Source: a virus (taxonomy: Duplodnaviria; Heunggongvirae; Uroviricota; Caudoviricetes). From it: 15,933 bases of DNA. Under the pieces are notes generated by a model. It did not search any database. It was given only the letters and a program-made list of their open reading frames with translations, and was not told the origin of the DNA. Of the stretch, positions 6,822 through 14,472 are shown piece by piece. Within the stretch, counting starts at the first letter, position 1. Every line of letters starts with the position of its first letter. The translations under genes and the position numbers were made by a program. The DNA is taken from IMG/VR virus record IMGVR_UViG_2667527666_000007; one strand, given 5' to 3'.

Positions 6822-6850
6822 TTGTTCGTGGTTGTTCCACGTTGTTCACT
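6822..6850 (+). promoter_or_regulatory. Three tandem decamers TTGTTCGTGG-TTGTTCCACG-TTGTTCACT upstream of the head/packaging operon (copy B of a thrice-occurring element)
   Basis: Shares 25 identical bp with the reverse complement of 1294-1322 and an 18-bp core with 14334-14352. Lies between the terminator at 6781-6808 and the capsid gene. Confidence 0.5.
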
Positions 6851-7061
6851 GACAGGATCGGCATATTTTACCCGAACTGAATCATGAGTATTCTCGCCCG
6901 TGGTGCCAGGACGCTGGGGCCACTTTCCCGCCTGTTAATGTGCTCGCCAATATTCATTACCAGGCGGGAAAACGATCGGTGCGATTACTGATTTCCTTAT
7001 GAAAAACGGTTGAGTGTTTGCCGCGTCCTGGAGTTCCTTACTTAACCCCAGGACTTTTTTT

Positions 7062-8219
7062 ATGCCGAGAATAATCGAATTACGCCAGCAGAAAACCGCC
7101 ATTAAAAATCAGATGCGCGACATGCTGGAGAACGCGGAAAAAGAAAACCGCAGTCTTAACGATGCTGAGGGCGCAAAATTTGACGAATTACGCGCTAAAG
7201 CTGAATCCCTCGATAAAGACATTTCCCGACTTGAAGCCATTGCAGACGAAGAGCGCAGCAAGCCAGGTAAAAGCAGTCAGACCACTGACCCCGCAGAACT
7301 ACGAAACTACATTCTGACGGGTGAAACCCGCGCATTAAGTACAGGCGTTCCCGCTGATGGTGGTTATACCGTTATCCCCGAGCTGAACACCGAAATCATG
7401 CGAATGCTGGCGGATGAATCCACCATGCGCCGCATCTGTACCGTGAAGAAAATCAGCAGCAACGAGTTTAAGCAGCTTGTTTCCGCTGGCGGTGCGACCG
7501 TTAACCACGGTGAAGAGGGTAAGGCACGCGAACAGACCAGCACCCCGCAGATTAACGAGGTGAGCATTAAGCTGTATCCGGTCTATGCGTACCCGCGCAC
7601 CACACAGGAAATCGTGGATTTTTCCGATGTGGACATCCTTTCATGGCTGACGGGTGAGATTGGCGACACCTTCACGGAAACCGAAGAAAGCGATCTGGTT
7701 GTGGGCGACGGTGACAAAAAAGCAAAAGGCTTTTTATCCGTACCCCGTGCAGAGAAGAACGACAAAGAGCGTGATTTTGGTACGTTACAGGTAATTAAAC
7801 CTTCCGAATCTCTGGCGTGGACATCTGCGGACCCGCTGATCGACCTGAAATTTGCATTACGTAAAAAATACCGCAAAAACGCGGTCTGGGTGGTTAACTC
7901 CACGACGGCCGCAAAACTTCAGAAGGTGAAGAACGCGAACGGTGATTACATCTGGCGCGACCGTTTACAGGCGGGTGATCCTGATACGTTGCTGGGCCTT
8001 CCGGTCGAATATCTGGAGTTTATGCCTGATAACGTTATTGCCCTGGGTGACTTCAAACGCGGTTACTACATTGTTGATCACGAAACAGGTGTTCGCACCA
8101 GACCGGACAACCTCACAGAGCCGGGCTTCATCAAAATTTTCACGCAGAAATATTTAGGCGGTGGCGTGGTGGATTCGAACGCGATCAAGATTCTGGAACT
8201 GCCACAGGACGACGATTAA
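7062..8219 (+). CDS. Major capsid protein, HK97 fold, with N-terminal coiled-coil delta (scaffold-like) domain, about 385 aa
   Basis: Track ORF 7014..8219; preferred start ATG 7062 (AGGA 8 nt upstream). N-terminal 100 aa are charged and helical (ELRQQKTAIKNQMRDMLENAEKE...), as in the HK97 gp5 delta domain; the remainder has the size and character of HK97-family capsid proteins. No separate scaffold gene is present. Confidence 0.85.
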   Translation: MPRIIELRQQKTAIKNQMRDMLENAEKENRSLNDAEGAKFDELRAKAESLDKDISRLEAIADEERSKPGKSSQTTDPAELRNYILTGETRALSTGVPADGGYTVIPELNTEIMRMLADESTMRRICTVKKISSNEFKQLVSAGGATVNHGEEGKAREQTSTPQINEVSIKLYPVYAYPRTTQEIVDFSDVDILSWLTGEIGDTFTETEESDLVVGDGDKKAKGFLSVPRAEKNDKERDFGTLQVIKPSESLAWTSADPLIDLKFALRKKYRKNAVWVVNSTTAAKLQKVKNANGDYIWRDRLQAGDPDTLLGLPVEYLEFMPDNVIALGDFKRGYYIVDHETGVRTRPDNLTEPGFIKIFTQKYLGGGVVDSNAIKILELPQDDD

Positions 8220-8230
8220 CAGCATACAGA

Positions 8231-8258
8231 AGGGGCTTAAAAGCCCCTTTAGTGTTTT
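8231..8258 (+). terminator. Terminator-like hairpin / attenuator between capsid and protease genes (AGGGGC-TTAAAA-GCCCCT followed by TTAGTGTTTT)
   Basis: Perfect GC-rich inverted repeat 8231-8248 with a T-rich tail, 12 bp after the capsid stop. Likely partial termination so capsid mRNA exceeds downstream message. Confidence 0.45.
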
Positions 8259-8831
8259 ATGGGTGAAAAAATTATGAAGAGTATGGAAATCCGGTCATCG
8301 GAAATCACCACCAGCGCCAGCAACACGCTTACAGGCTACGTTGTTCGCTGGGATAACCTTTCAGAGCTGCTATGGGGGGAGTTTTACGAAAAATTCCAGC
8401 GGGGAGCGTTTACTGAATGGCTTGCAGCGGGTAATGACGTTCGCGGCCTGTATGAGCATGACCACAGCATGTTACTGGGGCGCACCCGTTCCGGCACGCT
8501 GAAACTGGAAGAGGACGACACAGGGTTACGCTTTGAACTGACCCCACCGGATACCAGTACAGGGCGGGACGTTATCGAACTGGTTAAACGAGGTGATATA
8601 TCCGGCATGAGCTTTGGCTTTCGCTCCCGTAAGGATGTATGGGATACCACAACAGATCCATGCGTGCGCACCGTGCTGGTGGCGGAACTGTACGAAATTA
8701 CCGTTACATCCGTACCGGCTTACCATGATTCCGGCGTGGAGCTGGCCCGCCGTTCCCTGTATGAGCAGCACCCCGAAAAAATGCCGCGTGCGGATAATCG
8801 CCGCTGGTGGGCGGATTTAGCGGGGGTGTGA
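8259..8831 (+). CDS. Prohead maturation protease, HK97 gp4 family (S78 peptidase), 190 aa
   Basis: ORF 8259..8831 (alternative start ATG 8274). Motifs GYVVRWDNLSE...FEKFQRGAF...GLYEHD...LGRTRSGTLKLEEDDTGLRFE fit HK97-type prohead proteases; position adjacent to capsid and portal. Confidence 0.8.
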   Translation: MGEKIMKSMEIRSSEITTSASNTLTGYVVRWDNLSELLWGEFYEKFQRGAFTEWLAAGNDVRGLYEHDHSMLLGRTRSGTLKLEEDDTGLRFELTPPDTSTGRDVIELVKRGDISGMSFGFRSRKDVWDTTTDPCVRTVLVAELYEITVTSVPAYHDSGVELARRSLYEQHPEKMPRADNRRWWADLAGV

Positions 8832-8832
8832 T

Positions 8833-10044
8833 ATGTGGCCTTTCAGAAGAAAAAAAGAGCAGCGCAGCATGACGCTTGATGAGTTTATGGCGCTGGCTGG
8901 CACATCGAACACGGGGGCGGGTGAGTACGTATCATCGGGGACAGCGGAATCACTGCCCGCCGTCATGAACGCCGTGACGGTCATCTCTGAGGCGGTGGCT
9001 ACCATGCCGTGTTACCTGTACTTGGTACGCAATGAGAAGGGGAAGGAGGCCCGCGAGTGGCTTGATTCTCATCCGGTCGATCACATCCTCAACGAGCGCC
9101 CGAACGCGTGGCAAACCCCCTACCAGTTTAAGCGAATGATGATCCGCCACTGCCTGTTAAACGGTAATGCTTATGCGGTGATTCGGTGGGGGCGTGATGG
9201 TTTTCCGGTGGCTTTACATCCTTACCCGCCGCAGTCGGTGAACGTGGAGCAGACAGGTGAGCATAACTGGCGCTACTGCATCACTGACGCCTACACCGGA
9301 AACACCCGCAACTATTTACCGTGGGAGGTTCTCCACCTTCGTTACTCCACGGATGACGGTTTTATGGGGCGCTCACCTGTAACCATCTGCCGCGAATCGC
9401 TGGGGCTTGGGCTGGCCCAACAACGCCACGGCGCGAGCGTGATGCGTGATGGCATGATGGCGGCAGGGGTTATCACGTCAGGCGAATGGCTGGACGGCGT
9501 GAAGGGCAAACAGGCATTAGCCGCACTGGAACGCTACAAAGGGGCCAGAAACGCCGGAAAAACGCCCATCCTTGAAGGGGGTATGAGCTATCAGCAGCTG
9601 GGCATGAGTAATCAGGATGCTGAATGGCTGGCCTCCCGTCGCTTCACCATTGAAGACATCGCCCGAATGTTCAACGTCTCGCCGATTTTTTTGCAGGAAT
9701 ACAGCAACAGCACCTACAGCAATTTCAGCGAGGCAAGCCGCGCATTTCTCACCATGACGATGCGCCCGTGGCTGGCGAACTTTGAGCAGCAGATAAAAAA
9801 CGCCCTGCTGGTGGCCTCGCCTGTACCTGGTATCCGGTATCAGGTGGAGTTTGACAGCGCGGACCTGTTACGGGCCACACCTGGCGAACGCTTTGCCACC
9901 TATGAACGCGGCATCAAATCCGGCGTTATGTGCCCGAACGAAGCCCGCGAACGTGAAGGGCTGTCCCCGCGTGATGGTGGTGATGAGTTCAGCCAGGCAT
10001 GGAAACAGGAAGTAAAAATCAGCGAGGGAGAAAAACCGGAATGA
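8833..10044 (+). CDS. Portal protein, HK97 family, 403 aa
   Basis: ORF 8833..10044. Conserved portal motifs (LLNGNAYAVI, GKTPILEGGMSYQQLGMSNQDAEWLASRRFTIEDIARMFNVSPIFL). Confidence 0.9.
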   Translation: MWPFRRKKEQRSMTLDEFMALAGTSNTGAGEYVSSGTAESLPAVMNAVTVISEAVATMPCYLYLVRNEKGKEAREWLDSHPVDHILNERPNAWQTPYQFKRMMIRHCLLNGNAYAVIRWGRDGFPVALHPYPPQSVNVEQTGEHNWRYCITDAYTGNTRNYLPWEVLHLRYSTDDGFMGRSPVTICRESLGLGLAQQRHGASVMRDGMMAAGVITSGEWLDGVKGKQALAALERYKGARNAGKTPILEGGMSYQQLGMSNQDAEWLASRRFTIEDIARMFNVSPIFLQEYSNSTYSNFSEASRAFLTMTMRPWLANFEQQIKNALLVASPVPGIRYQVEFDSADLLRATPGERFATYERGIKSGVMCPNEAREREGLSPRDGGDEFSQAWKQEVKISEGEKPE

Positions 10045-10379
10045 ACATAGGGCGACTGCGTGACAGGGTAACGATTCAGACCCTGAAACAGACCAGAGCC
10101 ATGACGGGCGAAATACTCGAAACGTGGGTGGACGGTCACACACTCTGGGCAAGCGTGAACATGATCAGCAGCAAGGAGGCCATTTCATCGGGTGCAGAAC
10201 TGGCGACTGGAACGGTAAGGGTATGGATACGCTACAGGAAGGACATCAACGCCACCAGCCGGATAAAGGTCAATACGGGGCCGCTGGCGGGGCGTGTACT
10301 GAATATCATCGGGCAGCCGCTGCCGGATGCCGCCAGGACACGCCTTGAAATTCTTTGTCGTGAGGGCGCGGAAAAATGA
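10041..10379 (+). CDS. Head closure / head-tail joining protein (Phage_H_T_join-like), 112 aa
   Basis: Track ORF 9999..10379; preferred ATG 10041 overlaps the portal stop (ATGA). Pattern GRLRDRVTIQ...ETW...LWASV...VRVWIRYR...GRVLNI...LEILCRE is typical of head-closure proteins. Confidence 0.75.
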   Translation: MNIGRLRDRVTIQTLKQTRAMTGEILETWVDGHTLWASVNMISSKEAISSGAELATGTVRVWIRYRKDINATSRIKVNTGPLAGRVLNIIGQPLPDAARTRLEILCREGAEK

Positions 10380-10672
10380 CAGAAGAACTTATCACCCTGG
10401 AAGAAGTGAAACTCCATTGCCGCATCGATGGCGACGAGGAAGACCAGTTAATCAGCGGATACATTGCCGCATCGCTTGAGGCGTGCCAGATACACATAGG
10501 CAGGCGCTTTGATGACGGGCTGGAGTTCACGCCAGCCATAAAGATTGGCTGCATGATGTTTATCGCTCACCTGTATGAAAATCGCCAGATTGTCGCGGAT
10601 AACGCAAAAACACGCGTACCCATGACGATTGGTGCACTCTGGACGGCTTACCGTGATGTGGGGGTGTACTGA
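10376..10672 (+). CDS. gp6-like head-tail connector (adaptor) protein, 98 aa
   Basis: ORF 10376..10672; start overlaps upstream stop. N-terminus LITLEEVKLHCRIDGDEEDQLISGYIAAS matches the gp6-like connector family pattern (ITLEE.K.HLRID.DDED.LI...I.AA). Confidence 0.75.
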   Translation: MTEELITLEEVKLHCRIDGDEEDQLISGYIAASLEACQIHIGRRFDDGLEFTPAIKIGCMMFIAHLYENRQIVADNAKTRVPMTIGALWTAYRDVGVY

Positions 10673-11112
10673 TGCCGTGGCAACCATTAAGACGATGCAC
10701 AGAACCAGGCTGTAACAGGCGCGTGAAGTCCGGCAAGTGTGAGGAGCACAGGCGGGCGGCATGGCGTGCAGAGGATGCCAGACGAGGACACCGCCGCGCG
10801 CGTGGGTACTCCAGACAGTGGGACAAATACCGCGCCATGTATCTGAGTAAAAACCCGTTATGCGTGCGATGCCTTGAGAAGGGGATATATACGCCCGCCG
10901 TGGTGGTGGATCACATTATCCCCATCGATGGCGGTGATGATGTTCTCTTCTGGCCCGAATGGAACCATCAACCATTGTGTCAGGCGTGCCATAACCAGAA
11001 AACGAAATGGCTTGATCCGGCAACAAAAAGCAAGCGTGCCGCAGGTGGATTTCGTGAAGAGGAAGAACGGGCCGCTAACCGCAATAACTGGATGTATGAC
11101 GCTGATGAATGA
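10672..11112 (+). CDS. HNH endonuclease, terminase-associated (HK97 gp74-like), 146 aa
   Basis: ORF 10672..11112, start overlapping upstream stop. Cys pairs (CTEPGC...CEEH; CVRC) and the HNH core VVDHIIPIDGG...NHQPLCQACHNQKT. Located immediately upstream of the terminase genes. Confidence 0.85.
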   Translation: MPWQPLRRCTEPGCNRRVKSGKCEEHRRAAWRAEDARRGHRRARGYSRQWDKYRAMYLSKNPLCVRCLEKGIYTPAVVVDHIIPIDGGDDVLFWPEWNHQPLCQACHNQKTKWLDPATKSKRAAGGFREEEERAANRNNWMYDADE

Positions 11113-11278
11113 GCGGGAACAATACCGCCTTATCCGTGGACTGATAAGGCAGCGTGACGCATGGAAGACACAGGAAACAGGGCATAAAGATAAAGCGTCA
11201 GGACGCGCAGAACGCATCACAGCGAAGCGATTAACCGACCGTGACCGCGAGGTTATGGAATGTTTCCGCAATCGCTGA
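11096..11278 (+). CDS. Possible small charged protein (60 aa), uncertain
   Basis: In-frame part of track ORF 10874..11278 beginning at ATG 11096 (or 11105), overlapping the HNH stop. Highly charged sequence. Could instead be non-coding sequence of the packaging-site region. Confidence 0.3.
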   Translation: MTLMNEREQYRLIRGLIRQRDAWKTQETGHKDKASGRAERITAKRLTDRDREVMECFRNR

Positions 11279-11400
11279 TGAGGCTGTATGACGGGGTGGG
11301 GGGCGTTTTCAGGACAAACCCGACCCCGCCGGGCACCGAACGCCTCCCCAAATTTTTATGCACGGGAATTTTTTGAAAAATAATCTGACGAAAAATAAGC

Positions 11401-11757
11401 ATGGCAAGACCACCGAAAGCCCCCGCCTACCTGGATGACATCGCCGTGAAGCAGTGGCGGGAAAAATCGCGGCAGCTTGCGGAACGGGGAGACCTGACCC
11501 CCGCCGACTGGAGCAATCTGGAACTGTATTGCGTCAATTACTCGATATACCGCAAAGCCGTCGCAGACCTTGCGGCGCGCGGGTTCAGCATTGTTAACAG
11601 TCAGGGCGGCGAGAGCAGAAACCCCGCATTAAGCGCAAAATCCGACGCTGAAAGAGTGATGATAAAAATGGCCTCCTTGCTCGGTTTTGACCCGGTAAGC
11701 CGCCGTAAAAATCCACCGGAAACAGAAGAAGAGGACGAGCTTGACCGCCTGGAATAA
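11401..11757 (+). CDS. terS: Terminase small subunit, P27 family, 118 aa
   Basis: ORF 11401..11757. MARPPKAP...W...LAERG.LTPAD...LELYC..YS.Y..A...L...G.......G...RNPAL...D.......MASLLGFDPVSRRK fits the P27-family TerS pattern. Confidence 0.85.
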   Translation: MARPPKAPAYLDDIAVKQWREKSRQLAERGDLTPADWSNLELYCVNYSIYRKAVADLAARGFSIVNSQGGESRNPALSAKSDAERVMIKMASLLGFDPVSRRKNPPETEEEDELDRLE

Positions 11758-13402
11758 GTACGCAGAAGACGTAAAAACGGGCAAAATTCAGGCCTGTAAA
11801 CGGTTAAAACAGGCCGTTAAACGGTACTTTTCGGACCTTAAAAGCCCCCTTTACACGTTCGATCGTGAGGTTGTGGATCGGTTTATTGCCTTTTCCAGGG
11901 TGTGCCCGCACGTAAAAGGGCCGATGCGTGGCAGACCCATTGAGCTGGAGCCGTGGCAGCAGTTCGCCTTTGCGTGCATCCTCGGCTTTAAGGTTAAGGC
12001 CACCGGACGGCGCAAATATACGAGCGCCTTTATCGAAGTGCCGCGCAAAAATGCTAAATCAACGACCGCCGCGATTCTGGCTAACTGGTTTCTGATTATG
12101 GAGAACGGTCAGCAGGATATTTACACCGCAGCGGTGAGCCGTGACCAGGCGAGGATCGTATTTGATGATGCGCGTCAGATGTGCATTTTATCCCGACCGT
12201 TACGCAGGCGGGTGAATATTCAGGCGCATAAGGTGATACACCCGAAAACCAACAGCCTGTTAAAGCCGCTGGCAGCAAAAGCGGCAACTATCGAGGGCAC
12301 AAACCCCAGTCTTTCTATCGTGGACGAATACCACCTACACCCCGACAACGGCGTATATTCTGCGCTTGAACTGGGGATGGGGGCACGTCCCGAAGGGCTG
12401 TTATTTGCCATTACCACATCGGGAAGTAACGTCGTTTCAGCCTGTAAGCAGCATTATGATTATTGCTGCCAGATCCTGGACGGCGAAGAGGTTAACGAAT
12501 CGCTTTTTGTGCTGATTTACGAACTGGACGACGAAAACGAGGTTGATGATCCGGAGATGTGGATAAAGGCGAACCCTAATATCGATGTTTCCGTGGATCG
12601 TGAAAAACTGGCCTCAACCATTCAGAAAGCGCGGGGTATTCCGTCGCAATGGGTGGAGATGATGACAAAGCGATTTAATATCTGGTGTCAGGGGACTACC
12701 CCGTGGATGGGTAATGGTGCATGGGCTGAGTGTGCCGGAACGTTCACGGAGGAAGATTTACACGGTCAGGAGTGTTACGCGGGGCTGGACTTATCATCAA
12801 CCAGCGATATTTCCAGCGTGTGCTATGCCTTTCCGGTCGGTAAAACCATTATGCTGATTTCCCGTCATTATCTGCCGGAGTTCCAGCTACAGAACCCCGC
12901 CAATAAAAACCGCGCTGTCTATCGTCAGTGGGCTAAAGCAGGCTGGATACGCACAACGCCTGGCGACTGCATTGATTACGACCGGATCAGAGATGACATC
13001 ATGCAGGACGCGGAGAAATTTAATATCAGGCTGGTGGGCTTTGATACGTGGAACGCCACGCATCTCAGAACGCAATTACAGGGGGCAGGTTTTGAGGTGG
13101 AGCCGTTCCCGCAAACCTACCTCAGATTCAGTCCGGCGGCGAAATCGTTCGAAGTTTTTGTTAACCGCAGGGTGATTGTGCATCGTGGCGATCCGGTGTT
13201 GTCCTGGTCGATGAGTAACGTCGTGATGCAGAGTGACGCGAACGCCAATATCAAGCCGAACAAGAAAAAATCACCGAACAAGATAGACCCGAGCGTGGCG
13301 GCGCTGATGGCGTTTGGTACATTCCAGGCAGAGCATGAGGATTTTGCTTTTGATATAAGCGACAGCCACCGCCAGAAACTGGAAGAATTTAGCGGGGTGT
13401 AA
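11741..13402 (+). CDS. terL: Terminase large subunit, 553 aa
   Basis: ORF 11741..13402, TTG start with RBS GAGGA 5 nt upstream, overlapping terS end. Size and N-terminal ATPase region plus C-terminal nuclease-like region typical of TerL. Confidence 0.9.
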   Translation: MTAWNKYAEDVKTGKIQACKRLKQAVKRYFSDLKSPLYTFDREVVDRFIAFSRVCPHVKGPMRGRPIELEPWQQFAFACILGFKVKATGRRKYTSAFIEVPRKNAKSTTAAILANWFLIMENGQQDIYTAAVSRDQARIVFDDARQMCILSRPLRRRVNIQAHKVIHPKTNSLLKPLAAKAATIEGTNPSLSIVDEYHLHPDNGVYSALELGMGARPEGLLFAITTSGSNVVSACKQHYDYCCQILDGEEVNESLFVLIYELDDENEVDDPEMWIKANPNIDVSVDREKLASTIQKARGIPSQWVEMMTKRFNIWCQGTTPWMGNGAWAECAGTFTEEDLHGQECYAGLDLSSTSDISSVCYAFPVGKTIMLISRHYLPEFQLQNPANKNRAVYRQWAKAGWIRTTPGDCIDYDRIRDDIMQDAEKFNIRLVGFDTWNATHLRTQLQGAGFEVEPFPQTYLRFSPAAKSFEVFVNRRVIVHRGDPVLSWSMSNVVMQSDANANIKPNKKKSPNKIDPSVAALMAFGTFQAEHEDFAFDISDSHRQKLEEFSGV

Positions 13403-13415
13403 TGAGGTCAGCAGC

Positions 13416-13697
13416 ATGACAGAAGCCGAAATAACGGGATTAATCCGCCGCGTTGCCGGAATCAGCCAGCAGGCTGACGAACAGGCCACGCAGCCGGACA
13501 GCGTGACAGCCGAAAACTATGCGCGTGTTGTTGCTGAGGTGATGCGCCGTGATGGTATAGAACTTAATGGCGTGGATATGCGCAACATACGAACCAGAGT
13601 TCTTGAGTTGCTGGCCTACCGTCGCCGCGTGGAGATGTATCGGGAGAAGGAGAAAATAACGTACCACTGGAAGAAGCCGGAGCGGTTGCGGCGGTAA
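13416..13697 (+). CDS. Hypothetical protein (93 aa) downstream of terL
   Basis: ORF 13416..13697 with GAGG about 8 nt upstream. No recognisable motif. Occupies the post-terminase position where satellites often carry accessory genes. Confidence 0.45.
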   Translation: MTEAEITGLIRRVAGISQQADEQATQPDSVTAENYARVVAEVMRRDGIELNGVDMRNIRTRVLELLAYRRRVEMYREKEKITYHWKKPERLRR

Positions 13698-13990
13698 CTG
13701 GTTGATATTCCCGACGGCCCAAAAATGGGTGGCTACATCCCTCGCTTCTGAGGACTGTTAACAAGCTGCCTGAAAGACAGTCACAAACTACGAAATTTTC
13801 GCAGTTTAACTAATGGTCAGCTTAATCGCTAACCCGCTGATATTTTCGGAAACCTCAATTTGAGGAAGTCGTCGCGGTAACTCGCTGAACTTTAAGCAAA
13901 GCGCAAAATTGCGCTTGCTGAATAATCATTATGATTACGCAGATGATTAAGGAATGACCGAAGGCGGAAATTCGCCTGTGGTTAATGGGG

Positions 13991-14156
13991 GAGTTGCAGA
14001 TCTGCAACTCGACCATGAAACTACGGAAACTACCCGTAGTTTGGGTAGTAAGAGTAACACCCAGATTTTGGGGCTTACTCGTGATACCCAAATTTGGGGT
14101 ATCGGTGGCAACCATAACGACTTTCGTTACGGTTGATGCTTTTACCCCATTGGGGG
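13991..14156. other. Dense cluster of palindromes and overlapping hairpins (non-coding): 20-bp perfect palindrome GAGTTGCAGATCTGCAACTC plus several ACCC-AT-tract-GGGT type quasi-palindromes
   Basis: 13991-14010 perfect palindrome; 14020-14040 ACTACGG-N7-CCGTAGT; overlapping 14030-14048 CTACCC-N7-GGGTAG; 14052-14080 GAGTAA...TTACTC; 14083-14103 GATACCCAAATTTGGGGTATC; 14145-14156 CCCCATTGGGGG. ORFs the track places here have no RBS or coherent composition. Confidence 0.5.
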
Positions 14157-14333
14157 AAAGGTATTACGATAATCATAACACCTACCGAACAGGTAAAGCC
14201 CACCAGCCTGATTAACGTTTAACCGGAAAAAAATCCAGGTAGGTGGAGATCCCCATATCGACAGCAACGCCCCTCATGAATTGGCGTGCTTCCCCCTGGA
14301 AAGATGACCCGCCTGTATATTTCTTGTGTCTAT

Positions 14334-14352
14334 TTGTTCCACGTTGTTTCAT
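14334..14352 (+). promoter_or_regulatory. Copy C of the decamer element (TTGTTCCACG-TTGTTTCAT), near the right end of the element, 120 bp from the phoQ stop
   Basis: 18-bp core identical to the reverse complement of 1296-1313; preceded by a degenerate third unit CTTGTGTCTA. Confidence 0.45.
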
Positions 14353-14472
14353 ACAGTGCACCGAACGGTGTAGTCAATGGTGTAGTTAATTTGCGATTTT
14401 TGGCACTTTTTGCAGTGTTAATTATTTAATTAAATCAATGCCTTATCTTAATTTGGTGATAAAAGGGCATAT

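Larger units (their letters stand above)
1..14352. mobile_element. Integrated phage satellite of capsid-forming PICI type (int-alpA-replication module plus own HK97-type head and cos packaging genes, no tail or lysis genes); left boundary outside window, right boundary approximate
   Basis: Integrase at window start, AlpA, primase-helicase with adjacent iterons, then MCP/protease/portal/connectors/HNH/TerS/TerL; chromosomal phoQ begins at 14473. Right boundary placed after the last copy of the element-specific repeat (14334-14352); exact att core not determinable without the left end. Confidence 0.75.

Noticed and set aside
7014..7061. Upstream extension of the capsid ORF (start at 7014)
   Set aside because: The ATG at 7062 has an RBS and begins the coiled-coil delta domain; the extension lies in the leader region.
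7364..10762. Antisense and overlapping ORFs within the capsid, protease, portal and connector genes (for example 7583..7903 minus, 8384..8671 minus, 9868..10152 minus, 10124..10348 plus, 10448..10762 minus)
   Set aside because: All lie within or antisense to structural genes with clear family signatures; typical GC-rich spurious frames.
10858..11271. 137-aa minus-strand ORF antisense to the HNH gene end and the putative cos region
   Set aside because: Antisense to the HNH gene with no RBS; the region is better explained by HNH plus the packaging site.
13855..14215. Track ORFs in the palindrome cluster (13855..14115 minus, 13954..14136 plus, 13985..14215 plus)
   Set aside because: Their translations are dominated by the palindromic repeats, with no RBS; the region is interpreted as structured non-coding DNA.
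13700..14472. A tRNA or tmRNA gene as integration target at the right end
   Set aside because: Reading both strands I could not find a convincing cloverleaf or conserved T-arm box; a tRNA scan would be needed to exclude it. The target appears to be an intergenic site near phoQ, though this is unverified.
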